A DNA stretch of 64,000 nt from a virus (lineage: Duplodnaviria > Caudoviricetes), in the IMG/VR virus record IMGVR_UViG_3300009873_000009, positions 8,733-72,732 of that record; one strand, 5' to 3'. Within the stretch, counting starts at the first letter, position 1. Each line of letters starts with the position of its first letter. Positions 1-8,956 of this stretch are shown here, piece after piece. A program made the translations under genes and the position numbers. The notes beneath the pieces were generated by a model. It was not told where the DNA came from. It worked only from the letters and a program-made list of their open reading frames with translations, and ran no database searches.

Positions 1-372
1 CTGGAATCAGATGTCCCCAAGATCGGGGCGAACATGAAATTCGAGGACAGGTGGAGTCGGCGGGTGCTTGGCGTGCATGTCCGCAAGTGGTATTGGGATA
101 CAGTGCTGGGCGCTCACACAGAGGACCAGCGTGAAGGGACCACAAGCGTCAAGTTTCAAGCGTTTGTTCGGCTCGGTGTGATGAGCTACGACGACCATAT
201 CAAACCCCTCCTCAAAGCCAAGAAAGGAACCAAGGTCAACCAAGCACGGCGCGAGATTGATCTATCTGACCTACTTCTTTACAACGGATTGGATTCACTT
301 CTGGAGTACCTCATCGCAATGGAGCAGATGCGGTCCCTGAAGTACCCCTTACCTCAAGGAGCTGGAAAATGA
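1..372 (+). CDS. DNA polymerase A 3'-5' proofreading exonuclease domain, stand-alone ORF (5'-truncated by window edge)
   Basis: Frame 1 is open from base 1: LESDVPKIGANMKFED (ExoII-like N.KF[DE]), WDTVLGAH..D, and YNGLDS (ExoIII YxxxD). It stops at TGA 370-372, overlapping the next ATG. Confidence 0.8.
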   Translation: MESDVPKIGANMKFEDRWSRRVLGVHVRKWYWDTVLGAHTEDQREGTTSVKFQAFVRLGVMSYDDHIKPLLKAKKGTKVNQARREIDLSDLLLYNGLDSLLEYLIAMEQMRSLKYPLPQGAGK

Positions 373-1583
373 GTCAACTGGTGTTCTCTCGGAAGGAAAA
401 CGAGAAGGTCGTCATCGGCCAAGAACTGGTCGTCATCCAAGTCGAGGACATCCGCGACAAGCGGGTCCACCTGCGGATCACTGCGGGTGAGGAGCTGCGG
501 ATCGACCGTAGCGAGATCTACACTGAGATACGTGAGCGGGTTTCCAAGGACGCGGCTTCTCTCCTGGACTATCCTGCGGACGAACAGATGCTTGCCGGCA
601 TCCAAGGGGACGTCAGAGCATGGTCGTCAGGTAACTTCGGAGAGCAGGCGTCCAAGAGCCAGCCAGGTCTCGTGCTCGGCTCGCTCGCGCCAAGCGAGGG
701 ACTGACTGAGGAGATCGGAGAGCTGTGCGCCGCCAAGGATACGGCCGAGTTCAAAGACGCACTCGGCGACATCCTCATCTACCTCTGCGACTTTTGCTGG
801 CGTTGGTGGGACGGGGACTCGATTGCTCACTACGTCGGGTTCTTTGACGTCGGGGCTTCCGAGGGGGTCGCCTTGTGTCTTGCGGAACAACCGGACCCGC
901 TCGTCCTCGCGCGTCTCCATCTCCAGGTCGTCTCTGCGCGGGGAAGCCTCGCACACGCGACCCTAAAGCACCACCAGGGTATTCGCAAGTTTGCCAGTGA
1001 ACCCTACTACCGCCAGATGGCTCAGGAGGCCATAGGCAAGCTCATCACCGCTGTCTCACGCCTTTGTGTCTACGCTCTGCGCCGGCGGGCGGAGGCGGTG
1101 CTTCTCGAGGTCTGGACCAAGATCGTCTCCAAACGCAACTGGAAGGTAAATCAGGCGGAGGGGAAGGTCGGTCGGGCTATCGTCCGCATTCCCTCCCACA
1201 CTCCTTCCGAGGCCGAGGCGTACCAGAAGGGACAGGAGGCGTGGTGGCGCTTCGTAGATGTCGGGGTCTCAGCCGCCATCGTCAATCCATACCCTCCGCA
1301 CTCTTACCTCGCCATCGCTTTTGATGCGGGAGTTGCCTTGCAACGCCAGGCGGATGAGTCCGTGAGCAAAACACTCGGCGAGATCGTTCACGCCGAGTCT
1401 TGTCCCAATGACACAAACGGCGACGGGGATTGCCATAAGTGCGCCCCTGGCCCTTGCCGCGAGGCCCCTCCCTCGTCGTGGGCGGAACAGGTGATGGACG
1501 AGACCGGCCAGAGCCCAATCTACAGCAACCCTTCCGAGGCCCCGCTCGCCGAGGAAGAATTCACCGTGGACCTGGAGAGCTAG
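369..1583 (+). CDS. CsrA-like domain fused to MazG-like nucleotide pyrophosphohydrolase, with extra C-terminal motifs
   Basis: The N-terminus LVFSRKENEKVVIGQELVVIQVEDIRDKRVHLRITAGEELRIDRSEIY follows the CsrA pattern. The centre has EEIGEL...EFKDALGDILIYL (MazG/dUTPase-like all-alpha motif). Confidence 0.75.
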   Translation: MSQLVFSRKENEKVVIGQELVVIQVEDIRDKRVHLRITAGEELRIDRSEIYTEIRERVSKDAASLLDYPADEQMLAGIQGDVRAWSSGNFGEQASKSQPGLVLGSLAPSEGLTEEIGELCAAKDTAEFKDALGDILIYLCDFCWRWWDGDSIAHYVGFFDVGASEGVALCLAEQPDPLVLARLHLQVVSARGSLAHATLKHHQGIRKFASEPYYRQMAQEAIGKLITAVSRLCVYALRRRAEAVLLEVWTKIVSKRNWKVNQAEGKVGRAIVRIPSHTPSEAEAYQKGQEAWWRFVDVGVSAAIVNPYPPHSYLAIAFDAGVALQRQADESVSKTLGEIVHAESCPNDTNGDGDCHKCAPGPCREAPPSSWAEQVMDETGQSPIYSNPSEAPLAEEEFTVDLES

Positions 1584-1584
1584 G

Positions 1585-3012
1585 ATGCGAACAATACCCG
1601 CCACGCCGGAAGCGTATGACCTGCTGCACAAGGGCAGTCTCGTCCTGTCGCGTATCGAACACAACGGTATGCGAGTAGACATGCCCCGTCTAAGGAAAAC
1701 CCTGGACGAGATGCAGCGGGACATCGCCATTCTGGAAGAAGAGTTCATGGATACGGACCTCTACAAGGAATGGAAGCGGGCTTGCGGACGCAAGTTCAAC
1801 TTCAACAGCCGGCAGCAACTGGCGCATGTGTTGTTCAACGTCCTCGGCTATCAAGGCGAGGAGACCGAGAAGTCCAAGGAGACGGACGACCCGAAGAAGA
1901 AGCGCTTCAAGGCGGACGAGAGCGCCCTGGAGCGCGTGGACCATCCAGCAATCAAAACCTACATCCGCAGGTCCAAGCTCACCCACCTGCGGTCCCATCA
2001 CTTCAACCCTATCCTCCGGGAGGCAACGGCGGAGGGGTTCGTACATGCGAGTTTCAACCTCAACCTGGCCGCGTCGTACCGCAGCCAGTGCGAAGACCCG
2101 AACCTTCAGAACATCCCCATCCGCGACCCTGTGCTGGCGCAACTGATCCGCGGATGCTACATCGCCCGGAGTCCTAAGCACCAGATTGTTGAAGTGGACT
2201 TTAGCGGTATCGAGGTCCGAGTGGCGGCGTGCTACCACAAAGACCCGACGATGATCACCTACATCAAGGACAAGACGAAGGACATGCATCGCGACATGGC
2301 TGCGCAGTGCTACATGCTCAAGCCCGAGCAGGTAGACAAGGCCATGCGTTACTGCGGCAAGAATATGTTTGTATTCCCGCAGTTCTACGGCGACTTCTAC
2401 CTGCACTGCGCCAAGTCGCTGTGGGAAGCGATCGAGATGTTCGGTGGCAAGGGACTGTCCCTGGACGGGAAGTCCCTTTACCGTCACCTTCGTAAGAAGG
2501 GCATCACCGAGCTCGGCCCACTCGAGGTGGAGGAGAAACCGCCGGTCGGGACGTTCATGAGGCATATCAAAGAAGTCGAGCAGGACTTCTGGCAGAGAAG
2601 GTTCCGAGTCTACGGCGCATGGAAGAAGTCCTGGTTCAAGAAGTATCAGCAAACCGGGTCACTCCGTATGCTGTCCGGGTTCAACGTACACGGGCACCTG
2701 ACTCGGAACGAAGTCATCAACTATCCCGTCCAAGGTGCGGCGTTCCATTGCCTGTTGTGGTGTCTCATTCGGATTGACCGCTGGCTGCGGAAGAACCGAA
2801 TGAAGACAAGACTCACCAACGAGATCCATGACAGCGTGATTGGGGATGTCTACAAGCCCGAGCTGGAGGACTACCTCGGCAAGCTCAAGGAGATTATGAC
2901 GGTAGACCTGCCCCGCGCCTGGGACTGGCTCATCGTTCCACTGGAGGTCGAGGCCGAGGTCGCCCCGCTCGGTGGTTCGTGGGCGGACAAGAAAGGAGTG
3001 GAGATTCCTTGA
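1585..3012 (+). CDS. polA: DNA polymerase family A, polymerase domain only
   Basis: NLQNIP, motif A VEVDFSGIEVR, motif B R..GKNMFVFPQFYG, INYPVQG.A and motif C EIHDS are present. Confidence 0.93.
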   Translation: MRTIPATPEAYDLLHKGSLVLSRIEHNGMRVDMPRLRKTLDEMQRDIAILEEEFMDTDLYKEWKRACGRKFNFNSRQQLAHVLFNVLGYQGEETEKSKETDDPKKKRFKADESALERVDHPAIKTYIRRSKLTHLRSHHFNPILREATAEGFVHASFNLNLAASYRSQCEDPNLQNIPIRDPVLAQLIRGCYIARSPKHQIVEVDFSGIEVRVAACYHKDPTMITYIKDKTKDMHRDMAAQCYMLKPEQVDKAMRYCGKNMFVFPQFYGDFYLHCAKSLWEAIEMFGGKGLSLDGKSLYRHLRKKGITELGPLEVEEKPPVGTFMRHIKEVEQDFWQRRFRVYGAWKKSWFKKYQQTGSLRMLSGFNVHGHLTRNEVINYPVQGAAFHCLLWCLIRIDRWLRKNRMKTRLTNEIHDSVIGDVYKPELEDYLGKLKEIMTVDLPRAWDWLIVPLEVEAEVAPLGGSWADKKGVEIP

Positions 3013-3209
3013 CAATTCAACTGATCGGCGGTCCCTGTGATGGGGAGATTCGGGAGGTTCCGGAGCATGTCAGCACTTACCAGAAGCTCGCTTGCACAGC
3101 AGACCCTCTTGATCCAAGCTCCTATACGCTTCACAGCTGGGTCAAACGTCCCGGCTTCCACGTACCACCAATTCCGTTCGACCACACAACCGCAGAAAGG
3201 ATGCTATGA
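3009..3209 (+). CDS. small hypothetical protein (GGPxDG motif)
   Basis: TTG start overlaps the polA stop after a GGAG RBS; IQLIGGPCDG motif; its stop overlaps the next ATG. Confidence 0.55.
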   Translation: MTIQLIGGPCDGEIREVPEHVSTYQKLACTADPLDPSSYTLHSWVKRPGFHVPPIPFDHTTAERML

Positions 3210-4126
3210 CGGAACTATACAAGACATATCGCCCGCGGAAGCTCAGCCAGGTCTACGGCCAGAAGGATGCCGTTGCCATCCTCACCAAGAAGATCGAGCG
3301 CAAGGAGCTTCCTCACGCGCTTATCCTTTGTGGGCCGTCCGGTTGCGGGAAGACGACCATTGCCCGCATCCTCCGCCGACCACTCGAGTGTGACAAGGCC
3401 GAGTTCAGGGAACTGAACTGCGCCGACACGCGGGGACTGGACACGATCCGAGAGATTCGGTCCCGTATGAACCTGGCACCACTTCGGGGCAAGTCCAAGA
3501 TCTATCTCTTGGACGAGGTTCACATGCTCACCAAGGAGTCTCAGAACGCACTTCTGAAGATGCTCGAAGATACTCCCAAGCACGTCTACTTTCAGTTGTG
3601 CACGACGGAGCCTCAGAAGCTCATCAAGACCATCCACACACGATCCACCATCGTGCAGGTCAAGTCCCTGTCCGATGGGGAGTTGGAGAAGCTTCTGGAC
3701 TACGTGTGCACCCAAGAGAAGATCCACATTAGTGAGGAGGTTCTCGCCCGCATCGTCCAATTCAGCGACGGGTCGGCTCGGCAGGCGCTGGTCCTCCTGG
3801 ACCAAGTCTACCGCCTGGACGGCGAGGAGGCACAGCTGAGCGCCGTCGAGTCTACGACCACCGAGCGCGAGGGCAAGGAGCTTGTGAAAGCACTCATTGA
3901 CCCGAAGGTTCGCTGGCCCGAAATTGCCAACATCCTGAAGAAGACCACCGAGGAACCGGAGAAAGTACGCCGCGCGGTCCTGGGGTACGCCACTGCCGTT
4001 ATGCTCAACGGAGGCAAGCTGGCAGCGCGTTGTGTCCTCATCCTCGCGACGTTCAGGGACCACTTTTACGACTGTGGGAAGGCCGGGTTGGTGTTGGCTT
4101 GCCACGAGGTCGTCTCGCAACGCTAG
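3206..4126 (+). CDS. dnaX: DNA polymerase III gamma/tau-like clamp loader subunit (AAA+)
   Basis: LYKTYRP..L..V.GQ, Walker A GPSGCGKTT, Walker B LLDEVHML, QNALLKMLED, DGSARQAL. Confidence 0.9.
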   Translation: MTELYKTYRPRKLSQVYGQKDAVAILTKKIERKELPHALILCGPSGCGKTTIARILRRPLECDKAEFRELNCADTRGLDTIREIRSRMNLAPLRGKSKIYLLDEVHMLTKESQNALLKMLEDTPKHVYFQLCTTEPQKLIKTIHTRSTIVQVKSLSDGELEKLLDYVCTQEKIHISEEVLARIVQFSDGSARQALVLLDQVYRLDGEEAQLSAVESTTTEREGKELVKALIDPKVRWPEIANILKKTTEEPEKVRRAVLGYATAVMLNGGKLAARCVLILATFRDHFYDCGKAGLVLACHEVVSQR

Positions 4127-4136
4127 GACCAAAGCC

Positions 4137-4640
4137 ATGGCTCACAAGGACGAGGAAGAACAGGGGTTGTTTGATATTGACATCTACAACCTCGAGGAGG
4201 AATGGATGCGTCAGCCGAAGATGTTCGGGGACTATTCCGAGCAGCTGGCGGACGCTCGCAAGGAGATGAACGAAGCCAAGGCGGAGCTGGAGTTGACGCA
4301 GGCTACCCTGTCAAACCGCATCCGCAAGAACCCGGTCAAATACAAGATTGAAGGTCGGGTGACGGAGGGGGGTATCAGCGAAGCGGTGCTTTGCCATCCT
4401 CGCTACCGTGACGCCCTGGCGTCGTTCAACGAAGCCCGCCACAAGGTTGATCTTCTGGAAGGGGTCGTCAAGACCCTGGACCAGCGCAAGCGCGCCTTGG
4501 AGAACCTGGTGGACTTGCACGGGCAGCAATACTTTTCAGTCCCCGCCACCAAGAACAAGGAGCTCAAGGAGGCTGTTGACAGGCAGTCCAAGTCGCGGTC
4601 GTACCGCAGGGCCAAGTTCACCGGAGAGGAGGATGAGTAA
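4137..4640 (+). CDS. UvsY-like recombination mediator (coiled coil)
   Basis: Helical protein with DIDIYNLEEEW..QP and coiled-coil heptads, located upstream of the SSB and RecA genes as in T4-like recombination modules. Confidence 0.6.
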   Translation: MAHKDEEEQGLFDIDIYNLEEEWMRQPKMFGDYSEQLADARKEMNEAKAELELTQATLSNRIRKNPVKYKIEGRVTEGGISEAVLCHPRYRDALASFNEARHKVDLLEGVVKTLDQRKRALENLVDLHGQQYFSVPATKNKELKEAVDRQSKSRSYRRAKFTGEEDE

Positions 4641-4777
4641 TGGACTTGAATTCTTTCTGGTTCCCGCTTGGGATCATCTTGGTCCCGGTTGCTGTTTTCT
4701 ATTCCGTTAAGCTCGGCACGTATGCTTACCTGGAAGCGTGCCGGCGTTTCCGCCAGGACTATCCTCAGGAGAAGTAA
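4640..4777 (+). CDS. small single-pass membrane peptide
   Basis: MDLNSFWFPLGIILVPVAVFYSVKLG...; ATG overlaps the upstream TAA and the stop is 3 nt before the SSB start. Not in the supplied ORF track. Confidence 0.5.
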   Translation: MDLNSFWFPLGIILVPVAVFYSVKLGTYAYLEACRRFRQDYPQEK

Positions 4778-4780
4778 GAG

Positions 4781-6118
4781 ATGTCTACGAAGACAAGGAA
4801 GAAGCGTGAGGAACGGACGGTCTCCGCCAAGCGCTACGCGAAGGAGCACAGCAGTGGCTTTTCGAGGACGACCATCACCATCCCCGAGAATATGTCCCTG
4901 TTCCAGCTCAAGAAGGCGGGGACGTACCGCCTGGAGATCATTCCGTTCACGGCTGGGGAGGGCAACCCGTTCGCGGACCCTGGCTCGCCTCACTTCGAGC
5001 GGACGTTCTGGATTCACCGGGATGTCGGCCCGAACAACGACGCTTATGTCTGCCCGAAGAAAACCTTCGGCAAGAAGTGCCCGATCTGCGAACACCGGGC
5101 CAAGCTCGGCAACGACCCGGACGTGGACGACGAGCTCGTGAAGGCGCTGGTCCCCAAGGAGCGTCAGCTCTTCTTGGTCCTCGACCACGCCGACCGGGAG
5201 AAGGGAGTGCAGCTGTGGGACATCTCCTTCCACCTGTTCGGCAAGCTGCTCAAGACCAAGCTCGACAACGCCGATGAGGAGGATGGCTACGAATACTTCG
5301 CCGATCTCAAGAAGGGTTTGACCCTCAAGCTCGGCGTGGAGGAGAAGTCGTTCGGCGGCAACACCTTCTACGAGGTCAAGGACATCGAGTTCAAGAAGCG
5401 CAAGGAGGAGCTCGACTTGGACATGGATGACCAGCCCTGTCTCGACGACCTGCTGAAGGAGATGGAGTACGACGAGCTTCGCAAGATCTTCCTCCAGACC
5501 GACGACGAAGATGATGAGGACGAGGAGGAGGATGACGACGACAAGCCGAAGAAGTCCTCGAAGAAGGACAAGAAGAAGTCCAAGCCGGCAGACGACGATG
5601 AGGATGAGGAGGAGGAGGACGACGATGAGGATGAGGAGGAGGACGATGAGGATGAGGACGATGATGAGCCCAAGAAGGGTAAGAAGAAGTCCTCCCCACC
5701 GGTGGCCAAGTCCAAGGGCATCAAGGTTGGCACGATGGTCGAGCACGAGGACCACGGCCTCTGCAAAGTCGTCCATATCAGCGGGGACGGCACGTCCCTC
5801 AAGCTGGAGGATGAGGATGGAGACGTCCACAAGGCAATCGGTGTAGCCGAGGTGGAGGTCGCCGAGGACGAAGACGAGGATGAACCCAAGAAGGGCAAGT
5901 CTTCAAGCAAGGGGAAGAAGTCGTCCAAGAAGTCCTCAGACGATGATGAGGACGAGGAGGATGACGACGACATCCCTTTTGACGATGACGAGGACGATGA
6001 CGAGGACGATGACGAGGACGATGACGACGACGAGCCCAAGAAGAAGAAGGGAAAGGGCAAGAAGTCCAAGCCGGCGGATGAGGAGGATGAGGATGAGGAT
6101 GACGAGGATGATGACTAA
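4781..6118 (+). CDS. single-stranded DNA-binding protein (T4 gp32-like) with very long D/E/K-rich tail
   Basis: FWIH..VGP...YVCPKKTFGKKCPICEH (zinc site, gp32-like); LWDISFHLFGKLL; acidic C-terminal half. Confidence 0.8.
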   Translation: MSTKTRKKREERTVSAKRYAKEHSSGFSRTTITIPENMSLFQLKKAGTYRLEIIPFTAGEGNPFADPGSPHFERTFWIHRDVGPNNDAYVCPKKTFGKKCPICEHRAKLGNDPDVDDELVKALVPKERQLFLVLDHADREKGVQLWDISFHLFGKLLKTKLDNADEEDGYEYFADLKKGLTLKLGVEEKSFGGNTFYEVKDIEFKKRKEELDLDMDDQPCLDDLLKEMEYDELRKIFLQTDDEDDEDEEEDDDDKPKKSSKKDKKKSKPADDDEDEEEEDDDEDEEEDDEDEDDDEPKKGKKKSSPPVAKSKGIKVGTMVEHEDHGLCKVVHISGDGTSLKLEDEDGDVHKAIGVAEVEVAEDEDEDEPKKGKSSSKGKKSSKKSSDDDEDEEDDDDIPFDDDEDDDEDDDEDDDDDEPKKKKGKGKKSKPADEEDEDEDDEDDD

Positions 6119-6166
6119 TCGTCCTGGCGACCGGTGGTGAAGTCCCATAACTAAACTATCACCTGA

Positions 6167-6233
6167 ACAGCGGTGGAACTAGGGGTGGCATCCCTGTTCT
6201 GGTACGCTTCGGGTTCAAATCCCAGCCGCTGTC
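6167..6233 (+). ncRNA. tRNA-like element lacking a D-arm (possible anticodon GGC)
   Basis: Perfect 7-bp acceptor-like stem ACAGCGG/CCGCTGT; T-loop GGGTTCAAATCCC; hairpin TAGGG-GTGGCAT-CCCTG; only 6 nt where the D-arm should be; no CCA. Intergenic between SSB and recA. Confidence 0.55.
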
Positions 6234-6252
6234 CTTCCCCCGGAGAACAATC

Positions 6253-7368
6253 ATGAGCACTGCCAAGAAACTGAAGTCCCTCCTTAGCAAGAAGTCCGCC
6301 AAGGAGAGCAAGACAATCCCAAGCTCGGACTTCGTGAGCACTGGTAGCACCTGCCTGAACCTGGCCATCTCAGACCGTCCTCGGTGCGGGTTCGCCAAGG
6401 GTAAATACTACCTGCTGGTAGGAGACAGCAGCTCCGGCAAGACGTTTCTCACCCTGACGTGCGTGGCTGAGGCCGCCATCAACAAGCACTTCGAAGAGTA
6501 CGACTTCGTGTATGACGACGTCGAGGGCGGGGCGCTCATGAACCTGGATAAGTTCTTCGGCCCTGCCGTAGTCGAGCGGTTGCAGTCTCCGGCAATGGAT
6601 GGGGACATGCCAGTCCATTCCTCCACCGTCGAGGAATTCTTCTACCACGTTGACGATCGGATCAAGTCCGGTCGGCCGTTTATCTACATCCTGGACAGCT
6701 CAGATGCTCTGACCAGCGACCAGGAGGAAGCCAAGTTCGAGGAGCAGAAGAAGGCCCACCGCAAGGGCAAGGAAACCACCGGCGTAATGACCGACGGTAA
6801 GGCCAAGCTCTACTCCTCGAAACTCCGCAAGATCATCAAGGGGCTACGCAAGACCGGGTCCATCCTCATCATCATCTGCCAGACTCGCGACAGTATGGGT
6901 GGCGGGTTCTCCGAGAAGACTCGCGCCGGCGGTCGAGCGTTAAAGTTCTACGCCGCGACGGAGATCTGGTCCTCCGTCAAGACCAAGCACAAGCGCGAAG
7001 TGCGGGGGAAGAAACGGACCATCGGGATTCAGTGCCTGTTGCAAATCAAGAAGAACCGCCACAGCGGTAAGGAGGGAACAACGGTGGAAGTTCCCATCTA
7101 CTGGTCAACAGGCATTGACGACATCGGCGCGTGCGTTGACTACCTGATTGAAGAGAAGCACCTGAAGAAGTCCCAAGGCATTATCAACGCTAAGAAGGAC
7201 TTCGGGTTCTCCGGAACCCGCGAGGATCTCATTAAGCATATCGAGGAGGAAGACCTCTACCGCGAGCTGCAAGGGGTCTGCGGGCAAGTCTGGAAGGAGG
7301 TCTTGTCCGAGTGCGTTGTCGACCGGCGCTCGCGGTTCCACAAGCACTCCGAGGAGAAAGATGAATAA
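6253..7368 (+). CDS. recA: RecA/UvsX-like recombinase
   Basis: STGSTCLNLAI, Walker A GDSSSGKT, YILDSSDAL, IICQTRD, GGRALKFYA. Confidence 0.9.
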   Translation: MSTAKKLKSLLSKKSAKESKTIPSSDFVSTGSTCLNLAISDRPRCGFAKGKYYLLVGDSSSGKTFLTLTCVAEAAINKHFEEYDFVYDDVEGGALMNLDKFFGPAVVERLQSPAMDGDMPVHSSTVEEFFYHVDDRIKSGRPFIYILDSSDALTSDQEEAKFEEQKKAHRKGKETTGVMTDGKAKLYSSKLRKIIKGLRKTGSILIIICQTRDSMGGGFSEKTRAGGRALKFYAATEIWSSVKTKHKREVRGKKRTIGIQCLLQIKKNRHSGKEGTTVEVPIYWSTGIDDIGACVDYLIEEKHLKKSQGIINAKKDFGFSGTREDLIKHIEEEDLYRELQGVCGQVWKEVLSECVVDRRSRFHKHSEEKDE

Positions 7369-7540
7369 CGACATACGGCTGCTGCTAGAAAGCATGGCCA
7401 GAAGCCTGGGTGGGGAGTCAGGGGGGTTGAAGCACTTCGGACTAGATACAAATGCCTGGCACAATCTCCTGTTCTTCCACGCGGAGAAAGCCATTTCACG
7501 GGAACAACGCAATGAAACGCTGGCTAATCCTGGACTGTAA
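7361..7540 (+). CDS. small hypothetical protein
   Basis: ATG after GAGGAG, overlapping the recA end; 59 aa. Confidence 0.4.
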   Translation: MNNDIRLLLESMARSLGGESGGLKHFGLDTNAWHNLLFFHAEKAISREQRNETLANPGL

Positions 7541-8372
7541 CTATCTGTGCCACCGCGCGTTCCATGCGATGGGGGCATTGGAATTCAACGACGCTCCGAC
7601 CGGCGTGATCTACGGGTTCCTCCGCGACCTGGCGGTCCTCCAAGACGAGCTCGACTCCACCGATCTGGTCTTCTGCTTCGACTACGGCCGCAGCCTTCGC
7701 TATGTAGACCTGCCCAGCTATAAGGCAAGCAGGAACCAGCGAGCCAAGGAAGCTCCTCGGGAGGAACAGATCACCCGCAAGCGATTCCGCCAGCAGGTGG
7801 ACCTGTTGCGGGATCACCTGCTGCGGGGGATTGGGTTCCGAAACATCTTCTTGCAGGAGGGATACGAAGCGGACGACATCATTGCTTCTGTTGTCCGCAA
7901 TACCATACCGAAGGAGGACATGGCCGTCGTTGTATCCGCGGACAAGGATTTATATCAAGTCTTGCGAGAGAAGAAGCCAGTTGCTTCGCTTTACAATCCG
8001 GCCACGAAGCGGTGGTTCACGATTGGGATGTTCCACCAGACCTACGGTATCGAGCCTGGGATGTGGTGCGACGTCAAGGCTAGATCCGGTTGTAAGACAG
8101 ACGACATTCCGGGTATCCCAGGCATCGGAGACATCACCGCCGCCGCGTACATCCGAGGAGCGTTAAAGCCAGGTAAGAAGTTCGACGCGATTGTGTGGGG
8201 AACCAAGATCTACAAGAAGAACCTACACCTCGTCACCCTGCCATATCCGGGAGTACGAACAGACTTCGAACTGCGGGAGGACAGGGTCACAATCAAGAAG
8301 TGGAAGGCCGTTTGTGCCGAGTTCGGTCTCCGCTCCATCCGCCACCAGGCACCAATCAGGAGGAAGCCGTGA
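7512..8372 (+). CDS. 5'-3' exonuclease / flap endonuclease (T4 RNase H, PolI N-terminal type)
   Basis: LILDCNYLCHRAF, FCFDYG..LR...LPSYKASR, GYEADDIIA, SADKDLYQ, TDDIPGIPGIG (helix-hairpin-helix). Confidence 0.92.
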   Translation: MKRWLILDCNYLCHRAFHAMGALEFNDAPTGVIYGFLRDLAVLQDELDSTDLVFCFDYGRSLRYVDLPSYKASRNQRAKEAPREEQITRKRFRQQVDLLRDHLLRGIGFRNIFLQEGYEADDIIASVVRNTIPKEDMAVVVSADKDLYQVLREKKPVASLYNPATKRWFTIGMFHQTYGIEPGMWCDVKARSGCKTDDIPGIPGIGDITAAAYIRGALKPGKKFDAIVWGTKIYKKNLHLVTLPYPGVRTDFELREDRVTIKKWKAVCAEFGLRSIRHQAPIRRKP

Positions 8373-8944
8373 GCAAGGCCAAGAAGGGGTCCAAGTTTGA
8401 ACGCGATACGTGCCGCACCCTGTCTCTCTGGTGGACCGGAGGGGAGCGGGACGACGTCTTCTGGCGCACTGGTGGGTCGGGAGGGCGCGCCAAGCTTCGA
8501 GGACGCCGCGGCGTAAGTACCTACGGGCAACATGGCGACATAGCTGCCACGGACCCAATCGGCGACCCGCTGATTGACGTCTTTACCATCGAGCTCAAGC
8601 GGGGATATAGCAAGCACACCATCCAAGACCTACTTGATAAGCCTCGGAAGGGCGCGAGGCCGAAAGTCCAGGAATGGATTGACCAGGCCATCGAGAGCTG
8701 GGAGCAGGCAGGGTCATTCACCTGGCTGCTCATCTTCCGCCGCGACAAGCGGGAAGCGCTTGTCATTTTCCCCACCAGCATCACCCGCCGGTTCTGGAGC
8801 GAAGGAACCTACGTTCCAGGATCGGCGACGCTGCGCTTAGACGCGAACAACCGACATCACGATCGCTTGACCGTGATGTCCCTTGCTGACTTCTTGGCGC
8901 TCGTCAAGCCAAGAATTGTGATTGCTCGTTCCCTGGATTCTTGA
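8369..8944 (+). CDS. Holliday junction resolvase (PD-(D/E)XK, Hjc-like)
   Basis: KKGSKFER, R...SGG, GDI...D, IELKRGY. GTG start overlaps the upstream stop. Confidence 0.8.
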   Translation: MSKAKKGSKFERDTCRTLSLWWTGGERDDVFWRTGGSGGRAKLRGRRGVSTYGQHGDIAATDPIGDPLIDVFTIELKRGYSKHTIQDLLDKPRKGARPKVQEWIDQAIESWEQAGSFTWLLIFRRDKREALVIFPTSITRRFWSEGTYVPGSATLRLDANNRHHDRLTVMSLADFLALVKPRIVIARSLDS

Positions 8945-8956
8945 AAAGGAGAAACC

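Noticed and set aside
372-1585. Intron or intein interrupting the DNA polymerase
   Set aside because: The intervening ORF has no homing-endonuclease or intein motifs, is coupled by normal start/stop overlaps, and no group I/II intron signatures were seen.
4403-6148. Long antisense ORFs (poly-Leu/Ile/Ser) opposite the SSB gene
   Set aside because: Shadow frames of the GAC/GAG/AAG low-complexity coding strand.
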